64,000 bases of DNA from Collinsella sp. (GCA_034102905.1 JAXEGS010000044.1:7609-71608), one strand, 5' to 3'. Positions 29,893-39,401 are shown, counted from the first letter of the stretch. Notes: generated from the sequence alone by a model not told the origin. Translations and numbers: made by a program.

Positions 29893-30175
29893 TGCAATGC
29901 ACTGGAGGACGGCGCGTTGCGGACGCATCGAATCCGGGGTGCGTGGTCAAAAATCGCGTTAATCGGTGTTTTGGGCACCGTCTGCGGCCCGTCATGGGCC
30001 CTTGAGAGGCGCTTTCCGGTTCATCCATAGCGTTCAATACCATAAGCGAATATATAGAGCTATGCGCCCGAGGGCGCGCATGCCCCGGAGCCACGCCGGA
30101 GAATACCGACTTACGGCATTTTTGACCAACGGCCGATCGGAGCGCGCGGCAGCGGGCGATCCGACTTAAGCCGCC

Positions 30176-30214
30176 AAAAAAAATGCCGGGCCCGGCAGGG
30201 GAGCCGGGCCCGGC
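30176..30214 (-). terminator. Rho-independent terminator of glgA
   Basis: On the - strand, two copies of the self-complementary GCCGGGCCCGGC separated by 6 nt form a hairpin. It is followed by T8 (A8 at 30176-30183 on the + strand) and begins ~25 nt after the glgA stop. Confidence 0.8.
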
Positions 30215-30238
30215 GCGTCGCCTCGGGGCGCCGCTCGA

Positions 30239-32500
30239 TCACTTCTTGCGGCGTGAGGGCGTCTTTCTCGCCGCGCGCGCCTTGGGCGAGGACGTCCCCG
30301 GCGCGTTGGCCGCATCAGCCTTGGGGGCTGCGGCGCTGGAGGCCGGATCGCTGGGGGCTGCGGCGTCAGCGCTCGCGTCGGCCGCAGCGGGCGCCTTGCC
30401 GGTTGCAGCGGGCTTCGCCTTCGCCGTGCGGACCCGCCTCGCCGCGGGGGCGGCGTGCTTCGCGTCGGCGGGCGCTGGGGCCTTCGATGTCTCCGCCTTC
30501 GAGGCCGACCCTGCCGCCTTTGCGCGGGATATCGTGCCCCTCGCCGCGGTCGCGGCCGTCCGGGTGACCCCATCCGGGCCCGCCGCCTTCACGCCGTCCG
30601 CCGCGCTCGACGGGGTCGCCTTCGCCGTCTTCGTGCGGCGTGCGGCCGTCGTCTTCGTCGCCGCCGGTGCGGGCGCATCCTCGGCGGCGGCCTTCTTGGC
30701 CCGTACGGAGCGCTTCGGCTGCGGCTCGGGGTCGGCCCCGGAGGCCGTCCCCGACGGCTTCGCCGTGCGCGCGGTCCGCTTCGGCTTCTGGGGCGCCTCC
30801 GCGGCGGCCGCGCCGTTGTCCGTTGCGGTCGTGCCACCGGCAGCGACCTTCTTCGTCTTCCTTGGGGCCCGCTTCGGCGCCGGCGCGCTCGCCTCCTCGG
30901 GGGCAGGAGCGGAGTCAGGCGCCGCCGCTCGCTTCGCACGGGCGGCCCGCTTCGGTTTCGGGGACGCCTCGGCGGGAGCCGTGCCCCCGGAGGATTCCGC
31001 GGTGCCGGACGATGCCGCCCCGCCGCCCCGCTCGATCTCGGGATGCAGCCAGAAGTACAGGTCGAGGTAGCGCTCGGCGCTCACGGTCCAGCTGAAATCC
31101 TGGGCCATCGCCTGGCGGATCACCCGCGTGAAGGCCGCCCGGTCGTCCCAGAACAGGCGCGCTGCCCGGAACACGGCGTCACCGAGCTCCTCGCCGTTGA
31201 AGTTCGCGAACGAGAACCCGGTGCCCTCACCGGTCTCGTAGTTGTACGGGACCACCGTGTCCTTGAGCCCGCCCGTCTCGCGCACCACCGGCAGGGTGCC
31301 GTAGCGCATGGCGATCATCTGCGAGAGGCCGCAGGGCTCGAAGAGCGAGGGCATGAGGAAGAGGTCGGAGCCCGCGTACATGCGTTGGGAGAGCGCGGGG
31401 TCGAACTGGATGCGCGCCGCCATCTGCCCGGGGTACTTCCCCTCGAAGTAGCGCAGGGCGTTCTCGTAGGCGGCGTCGCCCGTGCCGAGCACGGCCACCT
31501 GCACGCCGCCCGAGAGGATTCGGTCGAGCGCGTAGGTCACGAGGTCGAGGCCCTTCTGGCGGGTGAGGCGGGTCACCATGGTCATGAGCGGGCGGTCGTC
31601 GCGCACCTCGAGGCCGAGCTCCTCCTGGAGCGCCGCCTTGCAGGCCGCCTTGCCGGAGAGGTCGTCGGCGGTGAAGCGGGCGGGGATGGCGGGGTCGGAC
31701 GCCGGGTCGAAGTGCGCGCAGTCGATGCCGTTGACGATCCCCTGGAGGGCCCCCCCGCGGCGGCGGAGCACGCCGTCGAGCCCCTCGCCGAAGGCCGCCG
31801 TCTTGATCTCCTCGGCGTAGGTGGGGGAGACCGTCGTGATCGCATCGGCGTAGTTGAGCGCCCCGAGCATGTAATTCACCGAGGTCGCGTCGGCGCGGAG
31901 CTGGTGGGCGGCCGCGGGCACGTGGGCGAGCCCGAGGATGTCGCTCAGGACGGTGTCCGAGAACTGGCCCTGGAAGGCGATGTTGTGGATCGAGAATACC
32001 GTGCGCACGTTGTCGTAGAGCGGGATCCCGCGGTAGAACTCCCGGAGGAACACCGGCGAGAGCGCCGTGTGCCAGTCGTTCGCGTGGAGGATGTCACAGG
32101 TGAAGTGCGGCGCCAGATGCTGCAGGCTCTCGACGACGGCCTTCGCGAAGAAGGCGAACCGCTCCCCGTCGTCGAAGAACCCGTAGGGGTAGTCGCGGGC
32201 GAAGTAGCGCTCGTTGTCGAGGAACAGGTAGGTCATCCCGTCGCGTGCCAGCCGCTCGATCCCGCAGTACTCGCTCCGCCAGCCGAGCGGCACCTGGAAC
32301 GAGGTCACGTGCTCCATCTCGCGGCGGTACTCCTCGGCGATGGTCGCATAGTTGGGGACCATGACGACCGTGTCGACGCCGGCGGCGGCGAGGGCGTGGG
32401 GGAGCGATCCCGCCACATCCCCGAGGCCTCCGGTCTTCACGAACGGCGCCGCCTCGGCCGATGCGAAGACGACCCCCATCCGGCGCGTGCTCTCTGCCAT
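30239..32500 (-). CDS. glgA: Glycogen synthase (GT5) with a ~262-aa Ala/Pro/Lys/Arg-rich C-terminal extension
   Basis: ATG 32500 (MAESTRRMGVVFASAEAAPFVKTGGLGDV) has GGAAGGA upstream. The core of ~490 aa ends ...YLDLYFWLHPEIER. The frame then stays open for 262 low-complexity codons to the stop at 30239, which is immediately followed by a terminator. Confidence 0.92.
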   Translation of the reverse strand: MAESTRRMGVVFASAEAAPFVKTGGLGDVAGSLPHALAAAGVDTVVMVPNYATIAEEYRREMEHVTSFQVPLGWRSEYCGIERLARDGMTYLFLDNERYFARDYPYGFFDDGERFAFFAKAVVESLQHLAPHFTCDILHANDWHTALSPVFLREFYRGIPLYDNVRTVFSIHNIAFQGQFSDTVLSDILGLAHVPAAAHQLRADATSVNYMLGALNYADAITTVSPTYAEEIKTAAFGEGLDGVLRRRGGALQGIVNGIDCAHFDPASDPAIPARFTADDLSGKAACKAALQEELGLEVRDDRPLMTMVTRLTRQKGLDLVTYALDRILSGGVQVAVLGTGDAAYENALRYFEGKYPGQMAARIQFDPALSQRMYAGSDLFLMPSLFEPCGLSQMIAMRYGTLPVVRETGGLKDTVVPYNYETGEGTGFSFANFNGEELGDAVFRAARLFWDDRAAFTRVIRQAMAQDFSWTVSAERYLDLYFWLHPEIERGGGAASSGTAESSGGTAPAEASPKPKRAARAKRAAAPDSAPAPEEASAPAPKRAPRKTKKVAAGGTTATDNGAAAAEAPQKPKRTARTAKPSGTASGADPEPQPKRSVRAKKAAAEDAPAPAATKTTAARRTKTAKATPSSAADGVKAAGPDGVTRTAATAARGTISRAKAAGSASKAETSKAPAPADAKHAAPAARRVRTAKAKPAATGKAPAAADASADAAAPSDPASSAAAPKADAANAPGTSSPKARAARKTPSRRKK

Positions 32501-32574
32501 ATCGCTTCCTTCCGTGAACGGCCGGGCGGCCGGGTCCGCGGATCCCCGCGCCCGGCCGCCCGGCCTTGTGTACG

Positions 32575-33684
32575 CTACCGCGCGAGCGGCGCCTTGCCGA
32601 TCACGAGCGTGTGGTCGTGCGTGCCGCGGAGCTCCGTGTTCTCGGGCACGAGGTTGTTCTTGTCGAGGATCGCATTCTCCACCGTCGCCCCCGACTTGAC
32701 GGTGCAGCCCTGCATGATGATGCTGTTGAGCACCTTCGCGCCGCTCTCCACGACCACGCCGCGGGAGAGGATGGACCCGCGGACGGTGCCGCGCACCGTG
32801 CAGCCGGCCGAGATCAGCGAGTCGCGCACGTTTGAGCCGGCGTCGTACTTCGCCGGCGGCGCGTCGTGCGCCTTCGTGATGATGGGGCGGTCGGGCTGGA
32901 AGAGCCGGTCGTAGGTCTCGGGGCGCAGGAGGTCCATGCTGCGGTCGTAGTAGGTCTCCTGATCGAAGATGCCCATCATGAGGCCCTTGAACTCGTAGCT
33001 GCAGACGTCGATGCGGTCGAAGTCGCCGCGGATCGCCTCGAAGAGGTCGAGGTAGTCCGCCATGGCGTAGTCCTCGATGATGTTGAGCAGGAGCTCGCGG
33101 TCGATGACGATCGCGTCCATGAACTTGCACTCGCCGTAGCCGCAGCCGCCGCGCACCTCGCGCACGCGGCCCCGGTCGCCGATCACGAGCGCCTGGGCAT
33201 CGGGCTGGCTGCGCTCGGCGATCGCGTAGATCATCGTGATCCCGGCGCCCGAGGTCCGATGCGCCTCGATGATCTCGTCGAGCTCGAGGTTGAAGATGAT
33301 GTTCGACCCCATCATGACCACGTAGGGCTTGGTGCTCCGCCGGAAGAGCTCATCGTTGGCGATGATGTCGCGCAGCAGGAAGCGCATGCCGCGCTTGCTC
33401 GTGCCGTAGGCGTTGCCGGGCACGAGGAAGAGGCCGCCCTTCTTGCGGTCGAGCGTCCAGTCCTTGCCCGAGCCCACGTGGTCGATGATCGAGCGGCAGT
33501 TGCCGGGCATCACGAGGCCCACGGTCTTGATGCCCGCGTTCATCATGTTGGAGAGCGGGAAGTCGATGAGCCGGTAGCGCCCCATGAAGGGGATCGAGGC
33601 GAGCGGGCGGGCCTGGGTGAACGCGCTCTGCTCGCGCGAGATGTAGTTGGCGGTGATGTAGCCGATGGCCTGATCGTTGATCAT
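32575..33684 (-). CDS. glgD: Glucose-1-phosphate adenylyltransferase regulatory subunit GlgD
   Basis: 369 aa. It is a GlgC paralogue (IPFMGRYRLIDFPLSNMMNAGI) lacking the GGxGxRL phosphate loop, and lies directly downstream of glgC. Confidence 0.88.
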   Translation of the reverse strand: MINDQAIGYITANYISREQSAFTQARPLASIPFMGRYRLIDFPLSNMMNAGIKTVGLVMPGNCRSIIDHVGSGKDWTLDRKKGGLFLVPGNAYGTSKRGMRFLLRDIIANDELFRRSTKPYVVMMGSNIIFNLELDEIIEAHRTSGAGITMIYAIAERSQPDAQALVIGDRGRVREVRGGCGYGECKFMDAIVIDRELLLNIIEDYAMADYLDLFEAIRGDFDRIDVCSYEFKGLMMGIFDQETYYDRSMDLLRPETYDRLFQPDRPIITKAHDAPPAKYDAGSNVRDSLISAGCTVRGTVRGSILSRGVVVESGAKVLNSIIMQGCTVKSGATVENAILDKNNLVPENTELRGTHDHTLVIGKAPLAR

Positions 33685-33687
33685 CGC

Positions 33688-34833
33688 TCATTCCCCCTTT
33701 CCGATCACGACGTCGTTCCCGACGACGGCCGTGTCCCTCGTGGTGTCCACCGATCCGAGCTTCACGCCCTCCTCGACGACGGCGTTCTCGCCGAGGATCG
33801 CCCGGCGCACGTGCGCCCCGGCCTTCACCTCGGCACCCGGCAGGAGGACCGAGTCCTCCACGACGGCGCGCTCGCGCACGACGGCGTCGGTCGAGATGAT
33901 CGAGTGCGTGACCGTGCCGTAGATACGGCAGCCGTTCGAGATGAGGCAGTCGCTCACCCGCGCCTCGGGGCCGATGTAGTGCGGCGGGCGCGTGGTGATG
34001 TTGGAGAGCACGGGGAAGCTCTTGTCAAAGAGGTCGAACTCGGGGTGCTCGCCGAGCAGGTTCATCGACGTCTCGTGGAAGCTCGCGATCGTGCCGACAT
34101 CCTTCCAGAACCCGGTGAACTCGTAGGTGTAGAGTCGCCGGCCCTCCTCGAGCATCTTCGGGATGATGTCGTTGCCGAAGTCGTGGCTCGAGCGCGTGTC
34201 GACGGCGTCGGCCTCGAGCGCCTCGACGAGCGCGTCGGTCGAGAAGATGTAGATGCCCATGGAGGCGAGATTGGAGTCGGGCACCTCGGGCTTCTCGGAG
34301 AACTTGACGATGCGGTCGTCATCATCGGTGGTGAGGATCCCGAAGCGGCTCGCCTCCTCCCAGGCGACGGGCATGACCGAGACGGTGAGCTCGGCGCCAT
34401 TGGCGATGTGCGCGTCGAGCATCTTGCCGTAGTCCATCCGGTAGAGGTGGTCGCCGGAGAGGATGAGCACGTAGTCGGGGTCGTAGCCCTTGATGTAGTC
34501 GAGGTTCTGGGTGATGGCGTCGGCCGTCCCCGCGTACCAGGCCCCGCCATCCTGGGTGGCGTAGGGCGGCAGGATCGAGACGCCGCCGTCGCGGCTGTCG
34601 AGGTCCCATGCCTCACCCGACCCGATGTAGGAGTGGAGCAGGTAGGGGCGGTACTGGGTCAGCACGCCCACCGTGTCGATTCCCGAGTTCGCGCAGTTGG
34701 ACAGCGCGAAGTCGATGATCCTGAACTTCCCCCCGAACGAGACGGCGGGCTTGGCGATCTTCTGCGTGAGCGCCCCCAAGCGGCTTCCCTGGCCGCCGGC
34801 GAGCAGCATCGCGATGCATTCTTTCCTACTCAT
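33688..34833 (-). CDS. glgC: Glucose-1-phosphate adenylyltransferase
   Basis: 381 aa. [33 protein letters not shown]. Strong SD (GAGGAGGAAGG). Confidence 0.95.
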   Translation of the reverse strand: MSRKECIAMLLAGGQGSRLGALTQKIAKPAVSFGGKFRIIDFALSNCANSGIDTVGVLTQYRPYLLHSYIGSGEAWDLDSRDGGVSILPPYATQDGGAWYAGTADAITQNLDYIKGYDPDYVLILSGDHLYRMDYGKMLDAHIANGAELTVSVMPVAWEEASRFGILTTDDDDRIVKFSEKPEVPDSNLASMGIYIFSTDALVEALEADAVDTRSSHDFGNDIIPKMLEEGRRLYTYEFTGFWKDVGTIASFHETSMNLLGEHPEFDLFDKSFPVLSNITTRPPHYIGPEARVSDCLISNGCRIYGTVTHSIISTDAVVRERAVVEDSVLLPGAEVKAGAHVRRAILGENAVVEEGVKLGSVDTTRDTAVVGNDVVIGKGE

Positions 34834-34899
34834 GTGCCTTCCTCCTCAACCGTTCCCATCTATCGCGTCCCGGCCGGTGCGACCGGAGCGGATGCCCGA

Positions 34900-37326
34900 T
34901 CAGGCGTGCCAGATCTCGTCGCGGTACTCCCGGATCGTCCGGTCGCTCGAGAACCAGCCCGACATGGCCGTGTTGTGCAGCGCCCGCCGGTTCCAGCCGG
35001 CGGCGTCCGGGTAGCTCCCCGTCAGGCGCTCCCAGGCGTCCACATATGAGTGGAAGTCGCGGAGCACCAGGTCGTAGTCGTTGTTGAGCATGACCTCGTG
35101 CTGGATGCTCTCGAAGTCGCCCGAGAGCCGCGCGAAGGTGCCGTCGGTGAGTGAGGACACCACGCGCCCGAGGCGGGCCGGGTCGCTGTTCACGAGGTCC
35201 CAGGCGAAGTAGCTCCCGCTCGCGCGCAGCTCCTCGACCTCGGGCTTGGTGAGGCCGAAGATCGCCTCGTTCTCGTGGCCCGCGAGGTCGGCGATCTCGA
35301 TGTTCGCGCCGTCGAGCGTGCCGAGCGTGATCGCGCCGTTCATCATGAGCTTCATGTTCGAGGTGCCCGAGGCCTCCTTGCCGGCTGTGGAGATCTGCTC
35401 GGAGATCTCGGCGGCGGGGTAGATGAGCTGGGCGTTCGAGACGCGGAAGTTGGGGATGAAGCAGACCTTGATGAGGTCGTTCACGCGCGCGTCGGCGTTC
35501 ACGACGTCGGCGACGGAGTTGATGAGGCGGATCACCTCCTTCGCGAAGGCGTAGCTCGAGGCGGCCTTGCCCGAGAAGATGAAGGTGGTGGGCTGGACGC
35601 GGAAGCCGGGGTCGGTGGTCAGGCGGTGGTAGAGGTCCATCACCTTCATGATGTTCAGGAGCTGACGCTTGTAGGCGTGGAAGCGCTTGACCTGGACGTC
35701 GAAGATCGAGTCGGGGTCGATCGCGAGCCCGGTCTCGCGCCGCACGTAGCGCGCGAGGCGGACCTTGTTCTGTCGTTTGGCCTCACCCACGCGCACGAGG
35801 AAGGAGGGGTCGTCCTCGAAGGGCACGAGGCGCGAGAGCTCGGCGGCGTCATCGAGCCACCCGTCGCCGATCGCCTCGGTGACGAGCGACGCGAGCGGGC
35901 GGTTCGCCTCGGCGAAGAAGCGCCTCGGCGAGATGCCGTTGGTCTTGTTGTTGAACTTGCCGGGCGTGAGCGCGTAGAAGTCGGCGAGGACCGAGTCCTC
36001 GAGGATCTCGGTGTGGAGCTTGGCCACGCCGTTCACCGAATGGCTGCAGATCACCGAGAGGTTCGCCATCCTGACCTCGCCGTCCCAGAGGACGGCCGTG
36101 GCGCGCAGGCGGTCCTGCCAGCCGGGGGCGGAGGTGTCGAAGCCCTCGCGCCAGCGGCGGCTGATCTCCTCGATGATCTGGTAGACGCGCGGGAGCAGCC
36201 GGCTGAAGGTCCCGATCGGCCAGCGCTCGAGCGCCTCGGGCAGGATCGTGTGGTTCGTGAACGAGACGGTCCGTGTGACGATGTCCCAGGCCTCGTCCCA
36301 GGGCAGGCCCTCTTCGTCCATGAGGACGCGCATGAGCTCGGGGGCGCACATGGCCGGGTGGGTGTCGTTCGTGTGGATGGCCACGTAGTCGGGCAGGCTC
36401 GCCCAGTCGTCGCCGTGCTCGCCGCGGTAGGTGTCGAGGAGGCTCGCGATGCCCGCGGCCACGAAGAGGTACTCCTGCTTGAGGCGGAGGAGACGGCCGT
36501 GCTCGCCCTGGTCGTTGGGATAGAGGATCGCGCTGATCGCCTCGGCGTCGGCGCGGGCGGCGTCGGCGAGTGCGTAGTCACCGCGGTTGAAGGCGTCGAG
36601 GTCGAAGTGCTCGTCGATGGGCTCGGCGCTCCACACGCGGAGCTTGTTCACGGTCGTGCCGCCGAACCCCACCACGGGGATGTCGTAGGGCACGGCGAGG
36701 ACCTCGTCGGCGCCCTCGACGCTGAAGACCGTGCGGTCGCCCTCCTGGCGGCTGACCACGTGCCCGCCGAAGCCGATGCGCACCGCCTTGTCCTGGCGGC
36801 GCACCTCCCAGGGGTAGCCGCGCGCGAGCCACTCGTCGGCGACCTCTACCTGGCGGCCGTCGCGGATCTCCTGCTTGAAGAGGCCGTAGCGGTAGCGCAT
36901 GCCGTTGCCGTAGCCGGCGATGCCCTCATGGGCCATGGAGTCGAGGAAGCACGCCGCGAGGCGCCCCAGGCCGCCGTTGCCGAGCGCCGGGTCGGGCTCG
37001 CGCTCGCAGAGCTCCTCGAGGCTCGTGCCCATGTCGGTGAGGGCGTCGGCCACGAGGTCGCGCACGCCGAAGTTCAGGAGGTAGTTGTCGAGGAGCCGCC
37101 CGATCAGGAACTCGATCGAGAAGTAGTAGACGCGCTTCTTGCCCGCCTGTGAGACGTGCTTGTCCCAGGTCGCGCCGACCTCGCGGGCGCGGGCGGCCAC
37201 GAGCTGCACGAGCGCCTCGTAGCGGTCGTTCACGCTCGTCTGCTCGAACTCCTTGCCCGAGAGGGCGCGCGCCGACTGGCGAAACGCCTCGGAGAACTCC
37301 TGTTTGCTGCTGAAGATGCCTTCCAT
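34900..37326 (-). CDS. glgP: Glycogen/maltodextrin phosphorylase
   Basis: 808 aa. PLP-lysine motif EASGTSNMKLMMNGA, with a GT35 signature throughout. Confidence 0.96.
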   Translation of the reverse strand: MEGIFSSKQEFSEAFRQSARALSGKEFEQTSVNDRYEALVQLVAARAREVGATWDKHVSQAGKKRVYYFSIEFLIGRLLDNYLLNFGVRDLVADALTDMGTSLEELCEREPDPALGNGGLGRLAACFLDSMAHEGIAGYGNGMRYRYGLFKQEIRDGRQVEVADEWLARGYPWEVRRQDKAVRIGFGGHVVSRQEGDRTVFSVEGADEVLAVPYDIPVVGFGGTTVNKLRVWSAEPIDEHFDLDAFNRGDYALADAARADAEAISAILYPNDQGEHGRLLRLKQEYLFVAAGIASLLDTYRGEHGDDWASLPDYVAIHTNDTHPAMCAPELMRVLMDEEGLPWDEAWDIVTRTVSFTNHTILPEALERWPIGTFSRLLPRVYQIIEEISRRWREGFDTSAPGWQDRLRATAVLWDGEVRMANLSVICSHSVNGVAKLHTEILEDSVLADFYALTPGKFNNKTNGISPRRFFAEANRPLASLVTEAIGDGWLDDAAELSRLVPFEDDPSFLVRVGEAKRQNKVRLARYVRRETGLAIDPDSIFDVQVKRFHAYKRQLLNIMKVMDLYHRLTTDPGFRVQPTTFIFSGKAASSYAFAKEVIRLINSVADVVNADARVNDLIKVCFIPNFRVSNAQLIYPAAEISEQISTAGKEASGTSNMKLMMNGAITLGTLDGANIEIADLAGHENEAIFGLTKPEVEELRASGSYFAWDLVNSDPARLGRVVSSLTDGTFARLSGDFESIQHEVMLNNDYDLVLRDFHSYVDAWERLTGSYPDAAGWNRRALHNTAMSGWFSSDRTIREYRDEIWHA

Positions 37327-37367
37327 GTGTTCCTCTCCTTGCCTGCCGGCGGGCGCCGGCCGCTGCG

Positions 37368-39401
37368 TTACTCGGATGAGCCCTTCTTGGGCTTCGCCTT
37401 CGCGTTGGCCTTTCCGGCCGTCTTGCCCTTCGCGGCCCTGCCCTTCGAGGCCTTATTCTTCGGCTTCACGCGCTTGAAGACGACGCCGGCGAGCGGCGGC
37501 AGCGCGGGCGCGATCGACTGCGCGCACCCGCCCGCCTCCTGGGCGCGGGTGCGCAGGGCGCGGGGGTTGCCCTTGCCCGATCCGCCGAAGCGCTCCTCGT
37601 CGGAGTTGAAGACCTGTTTCCAGGACCCTGCCTCGGGCACGCCCACCGGGAAGCGCTCGTAGTAGGCGGGCGTGAAGTTGATGACGACGAGGAGGTCATC
37701 CTCGGGGCGCTTCCCGTGGCGGATGTAGCTCACCACCGAGCGCTCGGCGTCGTCCGCGTCGACCCAGGTGAAGCCGTCCTGGGTGTAGGCGCGCTCCCAG
37801 AGGGCGCGTTCACCTGCGTAGAGGCGGTTCAGCTCCCGGCAGAAGACGCGGTGGCCGTGATGGAGCGGGAACTCGTCGGCGAGGAACCACTCGATCGACT
37901 CGTAGTAGCGCCACTCGATGTACTGGCCGATCTCGTCGCCCATGAAGGTGAGCTTCGCGCCGGGGTGCGTCATCTGGTAGAGCGCGAGCGTGCGGAGCCC
38001 CGCGAACTGGCGCCACTGGTCGCCCGGCATGCGCTGGATGAGGGAGCACTTGCCGTTCACGACCTCGTCGTGGCTGAGCGGCAGCACGAAGTTCTCGTTG
38101 AAGGCGTACATGATCGAGAAGGTGAGAAGGCCATGCGCGCCGGGTCGCCAGGGGAAGTCGGTCTGCATGTAGTGCAGGGTGTCGTTCATCCAGCCCATGT
38201 CCCATTTGAGGTGGAACCCGAGGCCCCCGTCGGCGGGCGGGTAGGTCACGAGCGGCCAGGCGGTGGACTCCTCGGCGATCATCAGCACGTCGGGATGAAG
38301 CTCCCCCATGGCGGCGTTGACGCGGCGGAGGAAGGCGGAGGCGTCCAGGTCCTCCTCGGTGCCGAGGTGGTTGAACCGCTTCGCGCCCGGGTCGTCCACG
38401 CCGAAGTTCAGGTAGAGCATGCTCGAGACGCCGTCCACGCGGATGCCGTCCACGTGGAAGACCTCGGCCCAGAAGAGCGCGTTGGAGAGGAGGAAGGAGA
38501 CGACCTCCCCGCGGCCGAAATCGACCTTGTGCGTGCCCCAGTTGGGGTGTATCTCGCGCTCGTAGAGCATGTGGCCGGTGAAGGTGGCGAGCCCGTGGGC
38601 GTCGGCGCAGAAGTGCCCGGGCACCCAGTCGAGGATGACGCCGATCCCTGCTTCGTGGCAGGCGTCGATGAGCGCCATGAGCTCCTGGGGCGTGCCGTAG
38701 CGCGAGGTGGCGGCGAAGTAACCCGTGGCCTGGTAGCCCCAGGACCCGTCGAAGGGGTGCTCGTTCACGGGCATGATCTCGATGTGGGTGTAGCCCATCT
38801 CGACGACGTAGTCCACGAGCTCGCGGGCGAGGTCGAGGTAGGTGTAGAAGGTCCCGCGCTGGGCGGGGAAGGGGTCGCCGGGACCGGGGTAGGTGCCGTC
38901 GGGCCGCGGCTCGCCCTGGGGGTCGCTGCCGTGCCGGCGCCAACTGCCGAGGTGCACCTCGTAGATGTTCAGGGGGCTCGCGAGGAGGTCGCGCCGGGCG
39001 CGCTCGCGCATCCAGGCGCGGTCATGCCAGGTGTGGCCGGAAAGCGACCAGAGCCGCGAGGCGGTGCCGGGCGCCACCTCGGCGAAGAAGGCGTAGGGGT
39101 CGGCCTTGTAGAGGAGCTCGCCCTGATCGGTCTCGATCAGGTATTTATAGAGGTCGCCCTCGGCCGCGCCGGGGGCGAACCCCGTCCAGAGGCCGCTCTC
39201 GCCGAGCGGCGCGAGCGGGTGGGCGAGAGCGTCCCATCCGTTGAAGGAGCCCACGACGGAGACGCCCCTGACCCCGGGGGCCCAGACGGCGAAGGTCCAG
39301 CCCCGCTCGCCGCCGCGCACGTCGGGGTGCGCCCCCAGCTTCTCCCAGGCGCGACGCCAGGTGCCCTGGGCGTGCAGGTGTATGTCGTCCTCGGTGATCA
39401 T
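37368..39401 (-). CDS. glgB: 1,4-alpha-glucan branching enzyme, with a short Lys-rich C-terminal tail
   Basis: DWVPGHF, GIRVDGVSSMLY, IAEESTAWP. The start is uncertain: ATG 39401 (MITEDDIHLHAQGTW...LGAH) fits the family N-terminus, with alternatives at 39458 and 39482, and the ORF is open to 39698. It ends ...KPKNKASKGRAAKGKTAGKANAKAKPKKGSSE. Confidence 0.9.
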   Translation of the reverse strand: MITEDDIHLHAQGTWRRAWEKLGAHPDVRGGERGWTFAVWAPGVRGVSVVGSFNGWDALAHPLAPLGESGLWTGFAPGAAEGDLYKYLIETDQGELLYKADPYAFFAEVAPGTASRLWSLSGHTWHDRAWMRERARRDLLASPLNIYEVHLGSWRRHGSDPQGEPRPDGTYPGPGDPFPAQRGTFYTYLDLARELVDYVVEMGYTHIEIMPVNEHPFDGSWGYQATGYFAATSRYGTPQELMALIDACHEAGIGVILDWVPGHFCADAHGLATFTGHMLYEREIHPNWGTHKVDFGRGEVVSFLLSNALFWAEVFHVDGIRVDGVSSMLYLNFGVDDPGAKRFNHLGTEEDLDASAFLRRVNAAMGELHPDVLMIAEESTAWPLVTYPPADGGLGFHLKWDMGWMNDTLHYMQTDFPWRPGAHGLLTFSIMYAFNENFVLPLSHDEVVNGKCSLIQRMPGDQWRQFAGLRTLALYQMTHPGAKLTFMGDEIGQYIEWRYYESIEWFLADEFPLHHGHRVFCRELNRLYAGERALWERAYTQDGFTWVDADDAERSVVSYIRHGKRPEDDLLVVINFTPAYYERFPVGVPEAGSWKQVFNSDEERFGGSGKGNPRALRTRAQEAGGCAQSIAPALPPLAGVVFKRVKPKNKASKGRAAKGKTAGKANAKAKPKKGSSE

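Noticed and set aside
29920-29950. tRNA-like TCGAATCC motif
   Set aside because: The flanking sequence does not form a 5-bp T-stem with a 7-nt loop. I could not build an acceptor, D or anticodon arm around it.
29873-30169. Track ORFs 29966-30169 (+, 67 aa) and 29873-30094 (-, 73 aa)
   Set aside because: Neither has a ribosome-binding site or family resemblance. Both are Arg/Pro/His-rich with atypical codon usage. The SD-preceded 37-codon ORF at 29917 is the only candidate kept, and it is kept only as a hypothesis.
30183-31070. + strand 295-aa Ala/Gly-rich ORF opposite the GlgA tail
   Set aside because: It is the mirror image of the low-complexity GlgA tail. It has no start context, would run into the glgA core antisense, and the - strand frame is continuous with a bona fide enzyme.
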